64,000 bases of DNA, taken from assembly GCA_965644295.1 (NCBI GenBank), contig CBFFRP010000348.1, forward strand, positions 198,477-262,476, in the 5' to 3' direction. A program made the translations under genes and the position numbers. This document shows positions 25,288-37,273 of the stretch, in pieces (the stretch's first letter is position 1; each line of letters opens with the position of its first letter). This stretch comes from Paraphysomonas bandaiensis (taxonomy: Eukaryota; Protista; Chrysophyceae). Below the pieces are notes generated by a model, which saw only the letters and a program-made list of their open reading frames with translations, was not told the origin of the DNA and ran no database searches.

Positions 25288-26103
25288 CAGGGCTGCGTAA
25301 CAATTAATTGAATTGCAATTAAATTGCATAGGTAGGATATACGTAATAATTGCAATTATAATTGCTCGCTGGAAGGTTGCAATTAAATTGCAATTAATTG
25401 GCAATTATTAACTATATAGTGTAAGCACATAATATTAGAAATAGAAGTTGGAAAACATTAAGGGCGATAGTCATTTATTGCCCTTAATGGCTATTACATT
25501 GGTGGGAAGGTTGGCCTCTCATTATAACGTTTAATTTACATTAAGAGAGGTACTGTTTCTTTGAACGGTCGATTATGACCTACAAAACTTAGTTCAGCTC
25601 GATCCATAGTATATATGTAATGCTCAATACCCTTCTAGTTTTAGATATATATAATATATAAGTAGTGTGGCAATCATGTTCTTCCGATCCTGTCTCACAG
25701 GACACTGCAGGATTGTAGTTCACCACGAACTGGATGTGCAGCAGTATGGACATGGATTATCAGGGCTTCTTACTGTTTTTTGAAGTCGAAAGCCTGGATA
25801 TTTTCTCCACTACTAATTGTGTAGAAAGGCTTTTCAGTAGAGCAAAAATCAAAATGAGTGATCTGCGCATATCTAGTATGACACCACATCGATTAGAGGC
25901 CCTTATGTTCTTGCGCTTTAATAGATTCTGTGGAATGCAAGTACGGTTGAAGATGATATACGTGCTAGTAATGAGTAACTACGTTAATGAAAAATAAAAT
26001 TGCAATTAATTGCAATTATATTGCGCAAGCTATAACTAATAATTTCAATTTAAGTGCAAAACACACTTGCAATTAAATTGCAATTAATTGTTACGCAGCC
26101 CTG
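25288..26103 (+). mobile_element. Non-autonomous hAT transposon (internal deletion derivative), 816 bp
   Basis: Perfect 23-bp TIR CAGGGCTGCGTAACAATTAATTG. Perfect 8-bp TSD CTGAAATG (25280-25287 and 26104-26111). Subterminal AATTGCAATT repeats. Internal remnant TTNCVERLFSRAKIKMSDLR..MTPHRLEALMFLRFN is the hAT dimerisation domain. Confidence 0.93.
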
Positions 26104-26363
26104 CTGAAATGCGTAGTTTTATACGATATACGATTACAATTTATGACTAAAGATATAAGCAGAAGTGGCCATCATATTTAGTTCTTCACAGCCATGATTC
26201 AATTATTGTAGTATCCAGTACAATTAGAAATATCAAAAGCAAAATCACGAATTACTGGAAGGCATAGTAATATACCGTATAGTAAATCAGGAGAACGTCT
26301 ATTAAAAGCTAAGTGAAATTATTATCGAGATGCTATGTACTACCACTTAAGCGAAGAACACAT

Positions 26364-27943
26364 TCAAACATCTAACACAGACCCATAACCGGTATCAGCT
26401 CTCCTCCTAGGATAGCTTTGCTCTTCAAAAGACACAGTACGTGTGGAGGGCAGGATAGCTATGTACCATGGATACGGGCCAAATACCTGCACCGCAAGTA
26501 TAAGATTTCAAGAATACTACGACATTGTAACAGACCTCTTCAAAGTTCTTTCTGTATCCTTTATCGTAAGGATGGGCTCTAGAAGACTGATCACTGTTCA
26601 CCACATATGCATCGATATTAGCATCATTTACTGTCTAATGTGGATATACCTAGTATTGCTCTGGGACCTTGGCCTGTTCATATTTGCATAAAATTCTAAT
26701 GTAGTTTGACCTGACATTACTATAGCAAAGTTTGTTATAACATCAGTACGTAGCAGTGAATAATACCTAAATATATGTGGAAAAACATAAGACTCGAAAC
26801 CGCAACGTGAACTCCCACAGAAACGAAGAAAGTCAATAGGTGAGATATTTTATCATCGGGGAAGTTCCTTAACAATTCGCCGAATAGCCGAGGCCTTGCA
26901 AAAACCCACAGTATAGACACTGGCTCACTTGTGGGACGCGGTTTCTGATTTTCTTGCGCAAGTGGAGAAAGTGAAGAGCCGTTTGCTGTTCCCGCTCGTG
27001 CTTGTCTGCGTGGGTGTTCGTGCGAATCCGTTCCAACCACTTGTAAAAATTGATAGAACTCACTCCATCCTCGCAATCCACCCTTGGATACTTTCGCCGC
27101 ACTATTCTCACCCACTAGTTCTTCAGAAGTCGCAGCTCGAAAACCGACAGGCACTAGAGGGCTTGGAGTTGACAACTCCGTGCGCGCTACGTGCATCACC
27201 TCAGGCACGACAAGAAGTGTCAGATACAGGGTGCCAATGGACGTCCAAATTAAAAATGTTACAAAGTATCTATAGTTGTGAAGCCCGACGCAATTATTAA
27301 TCTGCGCCAAACGTCATGCCACATATATATGGTAAAAGTGTCAATTACCCATGGGCAGTGATGATCCATGCGCAACGTGCACCTCTCGCACATACTGCAG
27401 TGGTGAGCCCTTGGAGGCTTTATTACGTTGCACTTCTTGCACTCTCTGTATTGCCAATTTGTACTTGCCAGGTTTTCGTTTTGAACACCGTCCTCATCCT
27501 TGACGGGTGATCCAGGATCAGTAAAAATAGCATAAAAATAGTTGAAAAATATATTAAAAATCACAAATATGCCTGTCATAGGAGATATATATTATCACAC
27601 GGAGGCATGACAAGAGCACATGACATACCAGCTGCTGCATTTACTAAATGGAGTAAACTCCAGGGCTCAGTCACAGTTGGCAGCACTACAAAGAGACCTA
27701 AATATCCGAGTCCAGATATTACTAAAACAGCAACTCCTACAAGACAGAATCCAAAATACTTCATTACTTGTGCGCACAGCAGCTGTATGAGAACCTATTA
27801 CTGTTACATAAGAAAACATAGTATATTTATTTCTCGCAGCTCACATCCATCCAAAACCCATAATCAAATTGCTGTCGGTTGCGGGCTGCGTGAAGTACGT
27901 CTTCAAAAGTATATCTCGGGTTTGAATTACTACTCTCGCCCAT
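26364..27943 (-). CDS. DHHC palmitoyltransferase (ZDHHC16-like)
   Basis: [31 protein letters not shown]|[36 protein letters not shown]. Start [10 protein letters not shown] at 27943. Confidence 0.9.
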
Positions 27944-28503
27944 GTGATCAGGATAAGCTACTGACTAACTTCTAAATAAATGATCCTATGACTGGTTTAC
28001 AATCACAGTCGTTTGCTGAAGAGATATGATGTCGTTTAAAGCATTCTTGAACTGCTCTGAGTGAGACAGTGTGACGGCTCAGTGGTTTTATATACACAGC
28101 AAACTATACAGAGAGAAGACCAATACGATATGTTCGACTGGGAATACACATCCAATACATACTGTATACCGGATATTCAGTTTGTTCATATGGTGGTGCT
28201 GTATGTCCCTTTATAGCTGGACGCGCCTACAGAGCTGCTGTATTCTAACCTGGACATTGGCGCACATACATGTCCAATATACAATATACAGAAGCACTGA
28301 GATATACACCATATAAACATACTACAGCACTGTACATCCAGCAGCAGTACTGTATATCGTACTGCAGGTACGAGTATATACTGTATATGATACCATCACA
28401 CTACATACATACACACATATATATATATATAATCATCCATTGATGGCTGCATAGTTGATTCGTTAACAAGATTTCGAAGTAGATCTTGCGGTGCGTCATC
28501 AAG

Positions 28504-31500
28504 ATGGACGACAGTGATAGGTCAGAGTCTGTTAACTTAACACTTAACGACGACGCGCCCGCCACTACGAAACTACCCAGATACAACTCAGAGCCTGTTC
28601 AACGGGTTAAAGTATCTCAAGATTCAGACCCTCTGGCACAGCGAGTGGATGATGATATTGATTCGCTGCCCAAGTCTGTTAATGCAACTCTACGGAGCTC
28701 AGATGAAGCAAGAGTTGCCTCTGCGATGTATGAAGCGTCCAAGAAGAGGAAAACTGGCTCGATATATAGTGTTAAAGTACAAATGTCCGAGACAGGAACT
28801 ATAGGGATTGGTGTAAAGGTTTTAAAAAACAATATTATGGCTGTCTCGTTGCTGAAAAGGGAGGGTGGGTTACCAGGCACAGGGGAGGCAGCTGGGATTC
28901 GATTGGGTATGGACGAAATTCCGATTAATGATATCAATTAACATCATGTGCAGGTGATATCGTTGTAGGGGTAAACTTTCGCCCATGTCGGGATGGTGTA
29001 CGTACGCTACTGGCTGTCGTGAGAGAAGAATCGTCAAAAGGGGCACGGACTGTACAGCTACAATGCTGGCGATGCCATCAGCTCTGTACTGATGCTGTCC
29101 CCGGATCACTTTTCCCCCGTGCAGATGATGTATTTGTACAGGGTTATACTCTATTCAGGTCGAAAGTCTTCAATGACTGGGAAAGATGGAACTTTGTAGA
29201 GATCATGCTGAGGTAAGTACGAATGTGGTGTCTGCGCATCACGATTATATGTTGCTGTAGACATATGAGTGATGAGTTAGACTATCGTATTGCGTCTGCT
29301 TCCAGCGCACTGTCCACTGGAAATTCATATCCCCGAATACGTGCTATTCACAACCAGGTCCTTGACCTAGAGCGGAATATTTTGCAGGTACAACACGATA
29401 TATATATAGCCAACATGTGCCGCTGATGATCGCATTGCATTGTCAGGCTAAAGGACTACGAACTGCTCTTTGCGTACGCATAGTACACACCAGTTTTGTA
29501 GAGGATGCTGTGGTATATGTATTGCGTGTGGAGGATGTGGAGAGCGGCTTGCAGTGGATTGTTCGCAAGCGGTATGTCACTGGTTGACATGTGTTTGCTA
29601 ATATTGTGTGTGCTGCAGCTATCGTGACTTCTTCTCCCTGCATGGAGACCTTGTTAAAATGAGCCAGTATACTAGAGTAAGAGAATATTTAAGTTATATA
29701 GGGTTTCACTATTTGCACAGGATATCCCCTTTCCGAAGAAACGGCTGGTCTCACTGCGAACATCCACCCGTGTCATAGAAGAGCGTATTGTGGCCCTGGA
29801 GCAGTTTGTGAGGATGGCTGTGCATAGACTTACGCACTACTCTGCCATGGATGCACATGCCAGTCAGTCTCTTAGGCGGCTACAGCAGTTTCTAGGTTGG
29901 TGCTGAGTTCATGCTAGCTAGTGGCATTTAACAATACCGTGCGCTAAATTTTAACCAGATGTGGAAGAGTTCGTTAATTGCCTTCATCCCCCACCTTTGG
30001 ATGATCAGCGTTACTTGGAGCTGATGGTGTACCGGTGAGAGTATTAGCAAGCACATCGTATTGTACAATCCACTCATGTATCTATAGACACCTCAACGAC
30101 TTCAACTCTCTGTCCTGTCAGCAATGTATCCGATTCGTGGACTCGGTGGATCTAGACTCGCTAGCAACAGAAGGTCCTTTGGGATACCAGCCAGTATTGG
30201 ACTTGTTGAGCCAGGCGCTTAGTGAGGTGGAAGAGTACACGTTACAGCAGTTCGGTCAGCAAATGACCCACGTGCTTAGTGACCGACGGCCGGGGTCTAG
30301 TCAAGACAAAATAAGAGTCTTTGTCAGACGATGTGTGCGCAGACAAGTAGAGGCCGCTGTGTATCTCCCTCTGAGACGCACAGTATTCAGGATAGTATAT
30401 TCGTACATAGCAGCAAAGGTATGAATATGCGAGGAATTTGTACTACATCACGAACAATGCTACAGGCACAAAAGCTACAGCATGCTATGAAGACATTGCG
30501 AGGAGTACCCCCTTCTGTTTTCTTCGTAAACAGCGCTGTTGAGACAGCGGCAAGACTGAATGACACAATGCAGGCATTTAGGTAGGTGATAGTTAGATGG
30601 TGTTTTCAATAGGCTCTTATCTGCCCCATTCAGAGATCTTGTTGGGGCATTTTTACCTGCGGATCAGGGGCATGCGCTCATGAAGGCCGCTGCTGCTGTA
30701 ATGGAACTACATAGCGAGTGCTCTCTGAAGAAATCGAAAACCAGTGATTCTAGTATGCAGAGCGGAAGTAATTCAGATCATAATAATCAACCTGCTGCGA
30801 CAAACACAGCAAATTCCGGGGTCGAGGGCGTTGAGCTTAAGACTTCCTCAGCTACACAGAATGAATCTTCCGATTCGAAATCTGAAACTAGTAAACAAGT
30901 GCAACAGCCGACTCGCTCAAGATCGCTGAGTGACATATCGTCGATGGCCGATATGATGAACAAAGCCGTTCTCGCTGATCCAGCCGGCACCATATTTTCT
31001 GCTGCTGAACACGCACTGACCGACAAGCGTGACTTTGACGATGAGCCTGGGATTGCTCAGCGGGAATCAGCGGTGAGGCTACCGGAAAGACGCTTTTTCG
31101 GTGAGAAGAGCGCCGCGCGGTACTCTGGGAAAGACTTGAGGCGGGGAAACCAGACTTCTTCTGCAGATGCGCCTGCGGTGGAGCCACCTAGCCCGGCATT
31201 TTCAGGTGAACGTCATAGTACTCATCACTCTTAGCGCTGACGTTATGCAAAGTTCAACAAGAGAGTGAGGGAGCCTCTAAGCCCTCACGTGAGGTCCTGC
31301 TCGAAGGATTGCTACGCGCATCTGTCGATATTCGTCCAACTTCGTCTGATGAAGGAGATAAAGTTGTTGCTATTCGTGGTAGCAGCAAGCACGAGCCCAA
31401 CAGTTGCGAAAGCATAACGCCAGCAGAGAGCGAGGGTAGCAGTATTAAGTCATCAGGAACTCGTGATAATAGTGGACTGACTTCCTCTGGAGGGAGAAGG

Positions 31501-32167
31501 CGAGGCCTAAGCTTGAGTAGTGCTGTTCTCGTCAACATAGATGAGACCCCGCTTGGTGACGACCGTCCGGAGGATGAAATCCCAGACGATTACTGTGTAG
31601 ATGGAGTGGAAGAGGATGAGCATGGAGGTGGAAGTTTGGGAAGAGACACCATACATAGTAGCGTTATTTCCGAGGAGATAAACGACGGTGCTGCCAGTGC
31701 TGGGGCGTTTTACGAGGTGAAATTGCTGTCAGCCCTTGGTATTATGCCACACCATCTAATATATTGTTCGTTATTGTAGGGCACGAAGAACTACACCGTT
31801 GTCAGTGCGGATGATTTTCTTCCGATGTTCACCTACGTCCTTGTATGTTGTGCAATAATCATTTCTTCTCTTAATTATTATTGTTCTATTTGTATAGGTT
31901 CAGTCAGATTTGCCACAGCTGCTGCTTGTGAAAGAAGTAATGTCTTCACTTGTTGATAATGAGGAAATGTATGGAGAATGCGGTTAGTTTTGCGACTTCT
32001 GTGGTGTGTGTATCTTATATTGCCCAGGTTACTATATGGCTACGCTGGAGGCGTCTGTTCAGCATGTATTAAATTTAGCCGATGATTATAATGCCACGTT
32101 AGCGAATGCTGCATTGTTGAAACAGAATAGTGCTGTGACTTCTCCTCCAAAATGGAATGAGGTTTAG
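28504..32167 (+). CDS. PDZ + PX + VPS9 (Rab5-family GEF) multidomain protein
   Basis: PDZ-like IGIGVK..GEAAGIRLGDIVVGVN. PX-like VYVLRVED..WIVRKRYRDFFSLH..FPKKR..IEER..LEQF. VPS9 VSADDFLPMFTYVLVQS..GECGYYMATLEASVQH. Many short introns. Confidence 0.82.
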
Positions 32168-32444
32168 AAGTATGACGGGCAATACATTTTTTGTGAATTG
32201 TTTTAGAACGTGTTAAAGTGTTTTTGTCGGAGTATGCGCTTATCAGGTTTCAATTCCGAGAGCTGTAAAAGCGATTAAGCTAGTGTGAGTGAGTTCTGTG
32301 GGGGTGGCTATAGTTAATAATTCAGGTTAACACAATTGCTCTTGTATATCATGGAGAAAATAAAATTTAGTACTATGTTGATTTGTACGCATATCGCCAA
32401 GACTCCATACTTGTGAATGTCTGATTATTACCATTAGTGTTGCG

Positions 32445-32625
32445 TTTTGCTATTTGAGCAATTAAAAGCTGTAATTCTATCCGTCAGTTATCTCTCGTGA
32501 TGTAAAGATTTAATCTACAGCGTATCCGTCAGTTAGGTCTCGTGATATGAAGAGTCTATCTACAGCTTTGAATTGAGAGGGAGTGTAGAGTTTTGCTATT
32601 GAGGCAATTTAAAGTTGTAATTCTA
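32445..32625. repeat. Nested direct repeats (A-B-B-A pattern)
   Basis: An approximately 35-bp unit TTTTGCTATT..GCAATT.AAAG.TGTAATTCTA occurs at 32445 and 32591. Between them are two tandem approximately 44-bp units TATCCGTCAGTTA..TCTCGTGAT...ATCTACAGC. Confidence 0.75.
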
Positions 32626-32919
32626 AGGTATTGGAATTATGACAGTTAGTCGAAGAATACAGTAGTGGTTACCTGTATTATGAGAACTAACAACATGATG
32701 GCTACTGTAGTAATGAAACTGAATATAATACATTGACGATGTAAGATCGTTCGAGAAATAATTGGTTGTAGAGATAACATGAAATTGATGAATGCGAAGA
32801 GATATTGATTATAATTTTATAACAAGATAATTGAGTGAATACACGTCCAGTTAACTCATAGTAAATTATTCAATTGTGTCAAAACTTGACATATAGGACA
32901 CACGCAAACCAACTATATA

Positions 32920-33360
32920 ATTTTAAAGCCCTGTTTACTGAGGGCGTCAATATGAAGCGATAGCGGAATGTTAGATGAAAACAAAGGAAAATTAAAAAAT
33001 TGTGTTGTGTGCGTATAGGCATGCTAGTCAAAACTAACTGGCTGTGCGTCACCGCATGCACCATTTGGGCAAACACTTTCGCTCTATGTCCTTAAGATGA
33101 ACAGGCCGGATGCTTGACTCAGCAGTTCTGCAGGCAGCCCGCTGCCTTTTTGTCAGGGCCTAAGACGTCTGCACAACTACACAAGTGACATTAATTAGAG
33201 TGTCCCTTGTACCACACACGCATTTTTTGGCTATGAGTGGGCAGAGCAGTATCTGCTGACTATATATGCGGCTCCCGTTACGAAGTTTCCCAAAGAAATC
33301 TCTCCGGCACTCATTCCCCAGAAGATTACGACAAGGAGCGAGTCCGGTTTTGTTGAGGGT
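32920..33360 (-). mobile_element. SINE-like structured dispersed repeat, copy C
   Basis: The reverse complement of 33220-33360 is 140/141 identical to 33907-34047. The tail hairpin TGCG-GTGA-CGCA is at 33045-33056. Confidence 0.75.
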
Positions 33361-33906
33361 GTAACACAACACTCTCTAAAATAATTAAAATTGTTTGATT
33401 GCTATATCTATATCGTTACAAATAACAATCAATAGTATCTTAGATATAGTCACAATCTTATACACAGTCAATATGGTTTTCCAGTTTGGCTGCTATGCTA
33501 TTTCATAGCACATCGTTAACGTTCTTATAATAGTGTATTGAAAAACGTATGCAGAGTAGAGAAGGTGCAAAGACCTGATGTGCCATGGTTAAATGAATCC
33601 AATGTTGAAAACCTCTAAAAGATTAACGGATAGTACAGAACTTCAATATGTTCCTTATGCAGAAAGACCAAAGCGAGATATTGCGATGACGGAGGGTCCA
33701 CGTGCAAACCCGCCATTAAATAAATGCTATCGCTTCTTCGTGCCGTCACAGGAGTAGATACCCAGCTTCAAACTTTTAGAGTGCCGAGATTTAAATATAT
33801 GTGTGGGCAAAGATCGCAGAGCGATAATTGGATCTTTGAAAATTAACAAATGAAGTCTACATCACCATCAAGTTTAATGTCTTGAAACTATTAGCTACAG
33901 AACTGA

Positions 33907-34375
33907 ACCCTCAACAAAACCGGACTCGCTCCTTGTCGTAATCTTTTGGGGAATGAGTGCCGGAGAGATTTCTTTGGGAAACTTCGTAACGGGAGCCGCA
34001 TATATAGTCAGCAGATACTGCTCTGCCCACTCATAGCCAAAAAATGCTTGTGTCACTTGTGTAGTTGTGTAGACGTCTTTGAACCTTGACGAATAAACAG
34101 ACATCCGGGGTATTTTGGGCTGCCTGCTGAAGTCAAGCATCAGGGGTGTTCACCTTAAGTTAGCAGATTTCAGTCTTTTATCAACATTCTGCTTGCTCAC
34201 TGCGTTTTTGCTTTGAGTGATAGAGCAAAAGTGGTGGCACCAATGGTGCTTGCGGTGATGCACAAGCGCAAAATAGTAGGATATCAGAGTTAAGCGCTCT
34301 AGTTATAGTGAAATTGCTTTGCTACATTAGTTATGACTCTTTCTTACGCGCCTATAGCTAATAATCCGACATTTA
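33907..34375 (+). mobile_element. SINE-like structured dispersed repeat, copy B
   Basis: Colinear with copy A. Tail GTGGTGGCACCAATGGTGCTTGCGGTGATGCACAAGC..AAATAGTAGGATAT..CGCCTATAGCTAATAAT matches the LINE 3' tail. Confidence 0.75.
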
Positions 34376-34850
34376 CCACATAACGGGAATTTGCATCAGA
34401 ACAGAAGCAGTCAGTATAAACATTTCCATAGAAATATCACGTCAACAGGACTTTTTAGGAGTATTTAAAGGTTGTATATTAGAAGTTAGAAGTATATATT
34501 TAATATTGGCAGAAGAGTTTGAGTGAGTATGTCATTTGCGTAGTAGTTTTCTGCATTTTTTTGTCAAACCGTATCTAGGAATATCAAAATCAACACAGTA
34601 AAATTAATTGACATTCATTCTATATTTTTTGATATTTCTCAATTAGATGGAGGCTACTTAGCGGTTATTTACCTGCAACTAATTGGAAGTTTTCCTGTTT
34701 TCTTCCAATTCGATCATTGCATATAGTTGGGAAGTTCATCGTCTCACACAGCCTCGTGCACATTGTGATTAAAAATAATGAAGAAAAAATGAATTCTCTT
34801 CGAAAATAGAGTAAAGTTGAAATGTTAATCCTTAATACATGTTCTACGTT

Positions 34851-36886
34851 TTAGGGATTTTTTAAATTACAATACATCGCCATCATGGTAAATTCTATAG
34901 ACATAACTGTATCAAAATGTGTAAAGGATCTATTGAAATACACTGCTTTCTGACACAAACGCAAATGTCCAGTCAACAATGAAAAACAGGAGAAACAATT
35001 TACCCAATTACAGTTCCATCACCATTCATTTTTTTCATTGCAACTAACAAGAAAAATAACAGTGTGAGGAATAGAAGAAATCGTATCACGTAAGCCAAAC
35101 AACCCGGCGAGCCTATAAAAAATAAGAAATAGCGAGAAACAGTGTTCAACTGCTACCTTTTCTCATAATTGTGGCGAGTTTGTAATCAGCAGAGCAAGAT
35201 ACCACTATGTCCGATACGTTTGATGCTTTTGTATCCCCTACATTCACCAAAATGAGTGCATGTCATCATATGCACTACGAGTAAAACATGTCTAACCCGT
35301 TTCTGAGATCACTATCCTTGGGGCGATTCCAAGCCCAGTCACAGGGAAATCATGGCAGCGATCCATGGAGACCTGATATAGAAGTGTTTAAACAATGCAA
35401 AATACTATAACTACAGACATATAGCACCTTTGTCAAAGTGGGAAGATCAAAAACAGCGACACATCCCTCACAATCACCGAGAACCAGAATGGACTTTTCA
35501 GCTTCATCCGAAATAACCAAACGGCAACCCGGAACATTACTCGCCTTAATAGCTCTGTACACACCATCAAACCCATGTTCATAATTACATCATACGAAAC
35601 ACTGACTTCATAGGAGCCACGCTCACAGACAGTTTGTCTTTTGTTTTATCTTTCTCGACTCTCCAACTGCAATCAACATTATCTTTAATACTACTGCGTA
35701 CAGGGAACACTACGTTACTATGTGGGCAGGCCCAGTGCCGCAACTCTGAAGTGTGTAGAGTGATTCGCCGTCAGGAGAAAACCTAAAGTAAGAGTCAGAG
35801 AGCATAGTAATATGGTCACCCACTTACACTGCCCCCCGGCACTTTACTTGCTGACTTTTCGCAGGAGATTTCGCCTTCGTTGTGGCCTGCTGAGTAGTGC
35901 CGTCCGTACTGCAGACAGCCTGAGCAAAAAAGGAGAATGAATAAAGGACTCAGTCGTAAGGTCTACAATATACTCACTACGGCGATTTCACAGCGCCTCT
36001 CAAGGTCCCACACTCTGCATGTGCCGTCATCAGAACCAGAAACTACCCATTCCTCAACCGGGTGTACTGACAGAGATTTCACAGGACCCTGATGCCCACT
36101 AAGCTCACAAACTTTGGATACATTCCAAGACCCCTTTACTCTCTGTATATTCCATAAATAGCACACTCCATTCTCCCCTGTGAACCATCTCTCCATAACA
36201 TATCGAAGCGCCCAAATTTTACTGTAGCTTACCTCCAGTGACAATTCTATTCTTTGAAAAAATACTTGCATTCTGCACGAAGATTTTATTTTTGTGTTAC
36301 AAAACCAAAGGAATGTACCATCGACATATCAGCTTCTACCAGCTCAGCCGATGCAAAATCAGCAAGCGTTTTGGAGCTAGAAAATAGGTAGACTAAATAA
36401 GGATTTAATCATTTGATGTGGACAAACCTTATTTTACCATCCGCTGTGACTGACAGCTCCATCAAGGAGCATTTCGATGAAAACGACGCACAAATCATCG
36501 TCACTCCCTACATATTCGACATAAGAGCGACAAGAGTGAACTCCTGTAAGAGTGGAATGCGACAACACACCTCACAGTCTCCTCCACTGACACACTCGCA
36601 GAGCTCCTCTGTCTGTATGCTCGATAGCAGCTCACATCCCGCCGCACCGACAAACCTCATCACATGCTGCGCATAAACACTTCAGTGAGCGGAGAGGATA
36701 AGAGAGGTGAGGACAGGGCAGGGAAGGACAGGGGCTTACGATGTAGTTCTTGACTCCGCTCTTGAAAGTGGTTCCTCCTCCGCCTGGAAGAAGAGCGACT
36801 GTATTCACACACCCGTCCTCTCCAGGGGACACTCGCAGCCATGTTAATCCAAAGCACGGACCGTTTAAGCGATTCAATATCGGCAT
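34851..36886 (-). CDS. SEC12: SEC12/PREB-like Sar1 GEF (WD40, C-terminal TM)
   Basis: N-terminal GGGGTTFKSGVKN K-loop motif. WD40 GHQGPVKSLSVHP..VVSGSDDGTCRVWD, HDFPVTGLG, SCSADYKL, then TM FLLFLTLLFFLLVAM. Confidence 0.82.
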
Positions 36887-37273
36887 CTCTCTTAGTGGGC
36901 TCTCTCGGCTGTGTTGTGACGGCAGCTGCTGCAGGATTTAATAGCGATACGACGCAGCACCCTACAGAGTGTAGTGCTCTGTATACTCGTATAGAGGAAT
37001 AGACCATACAGGATCCTTATGTCTAGATGTATGTACATCAGTGCAACAGTACAAGTGTATAGCTTCTAATGCGTGTTCAGGTACAATATGCAGGTACGCT
37101 ATCACCAGGTACAAAAATATCTGCTCATCCAACTACGACACGGTTGATGATTGTACATCCCGAGTATACATACATACACGTACAGAGCGAGCAGTATACA
37201 GACGTCTCTGTATCATGCATATCTCATCACAGCACATATAAACAATCAGAGTAGTAGACCTGCAGGTTTATAG

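Noticed and set aside
33995-34012. ATATATAGTC resembling the group I intron S element
   Set aside because: No convincing P, Q or R elements or P3-P7 core, and no interrupted host gene.
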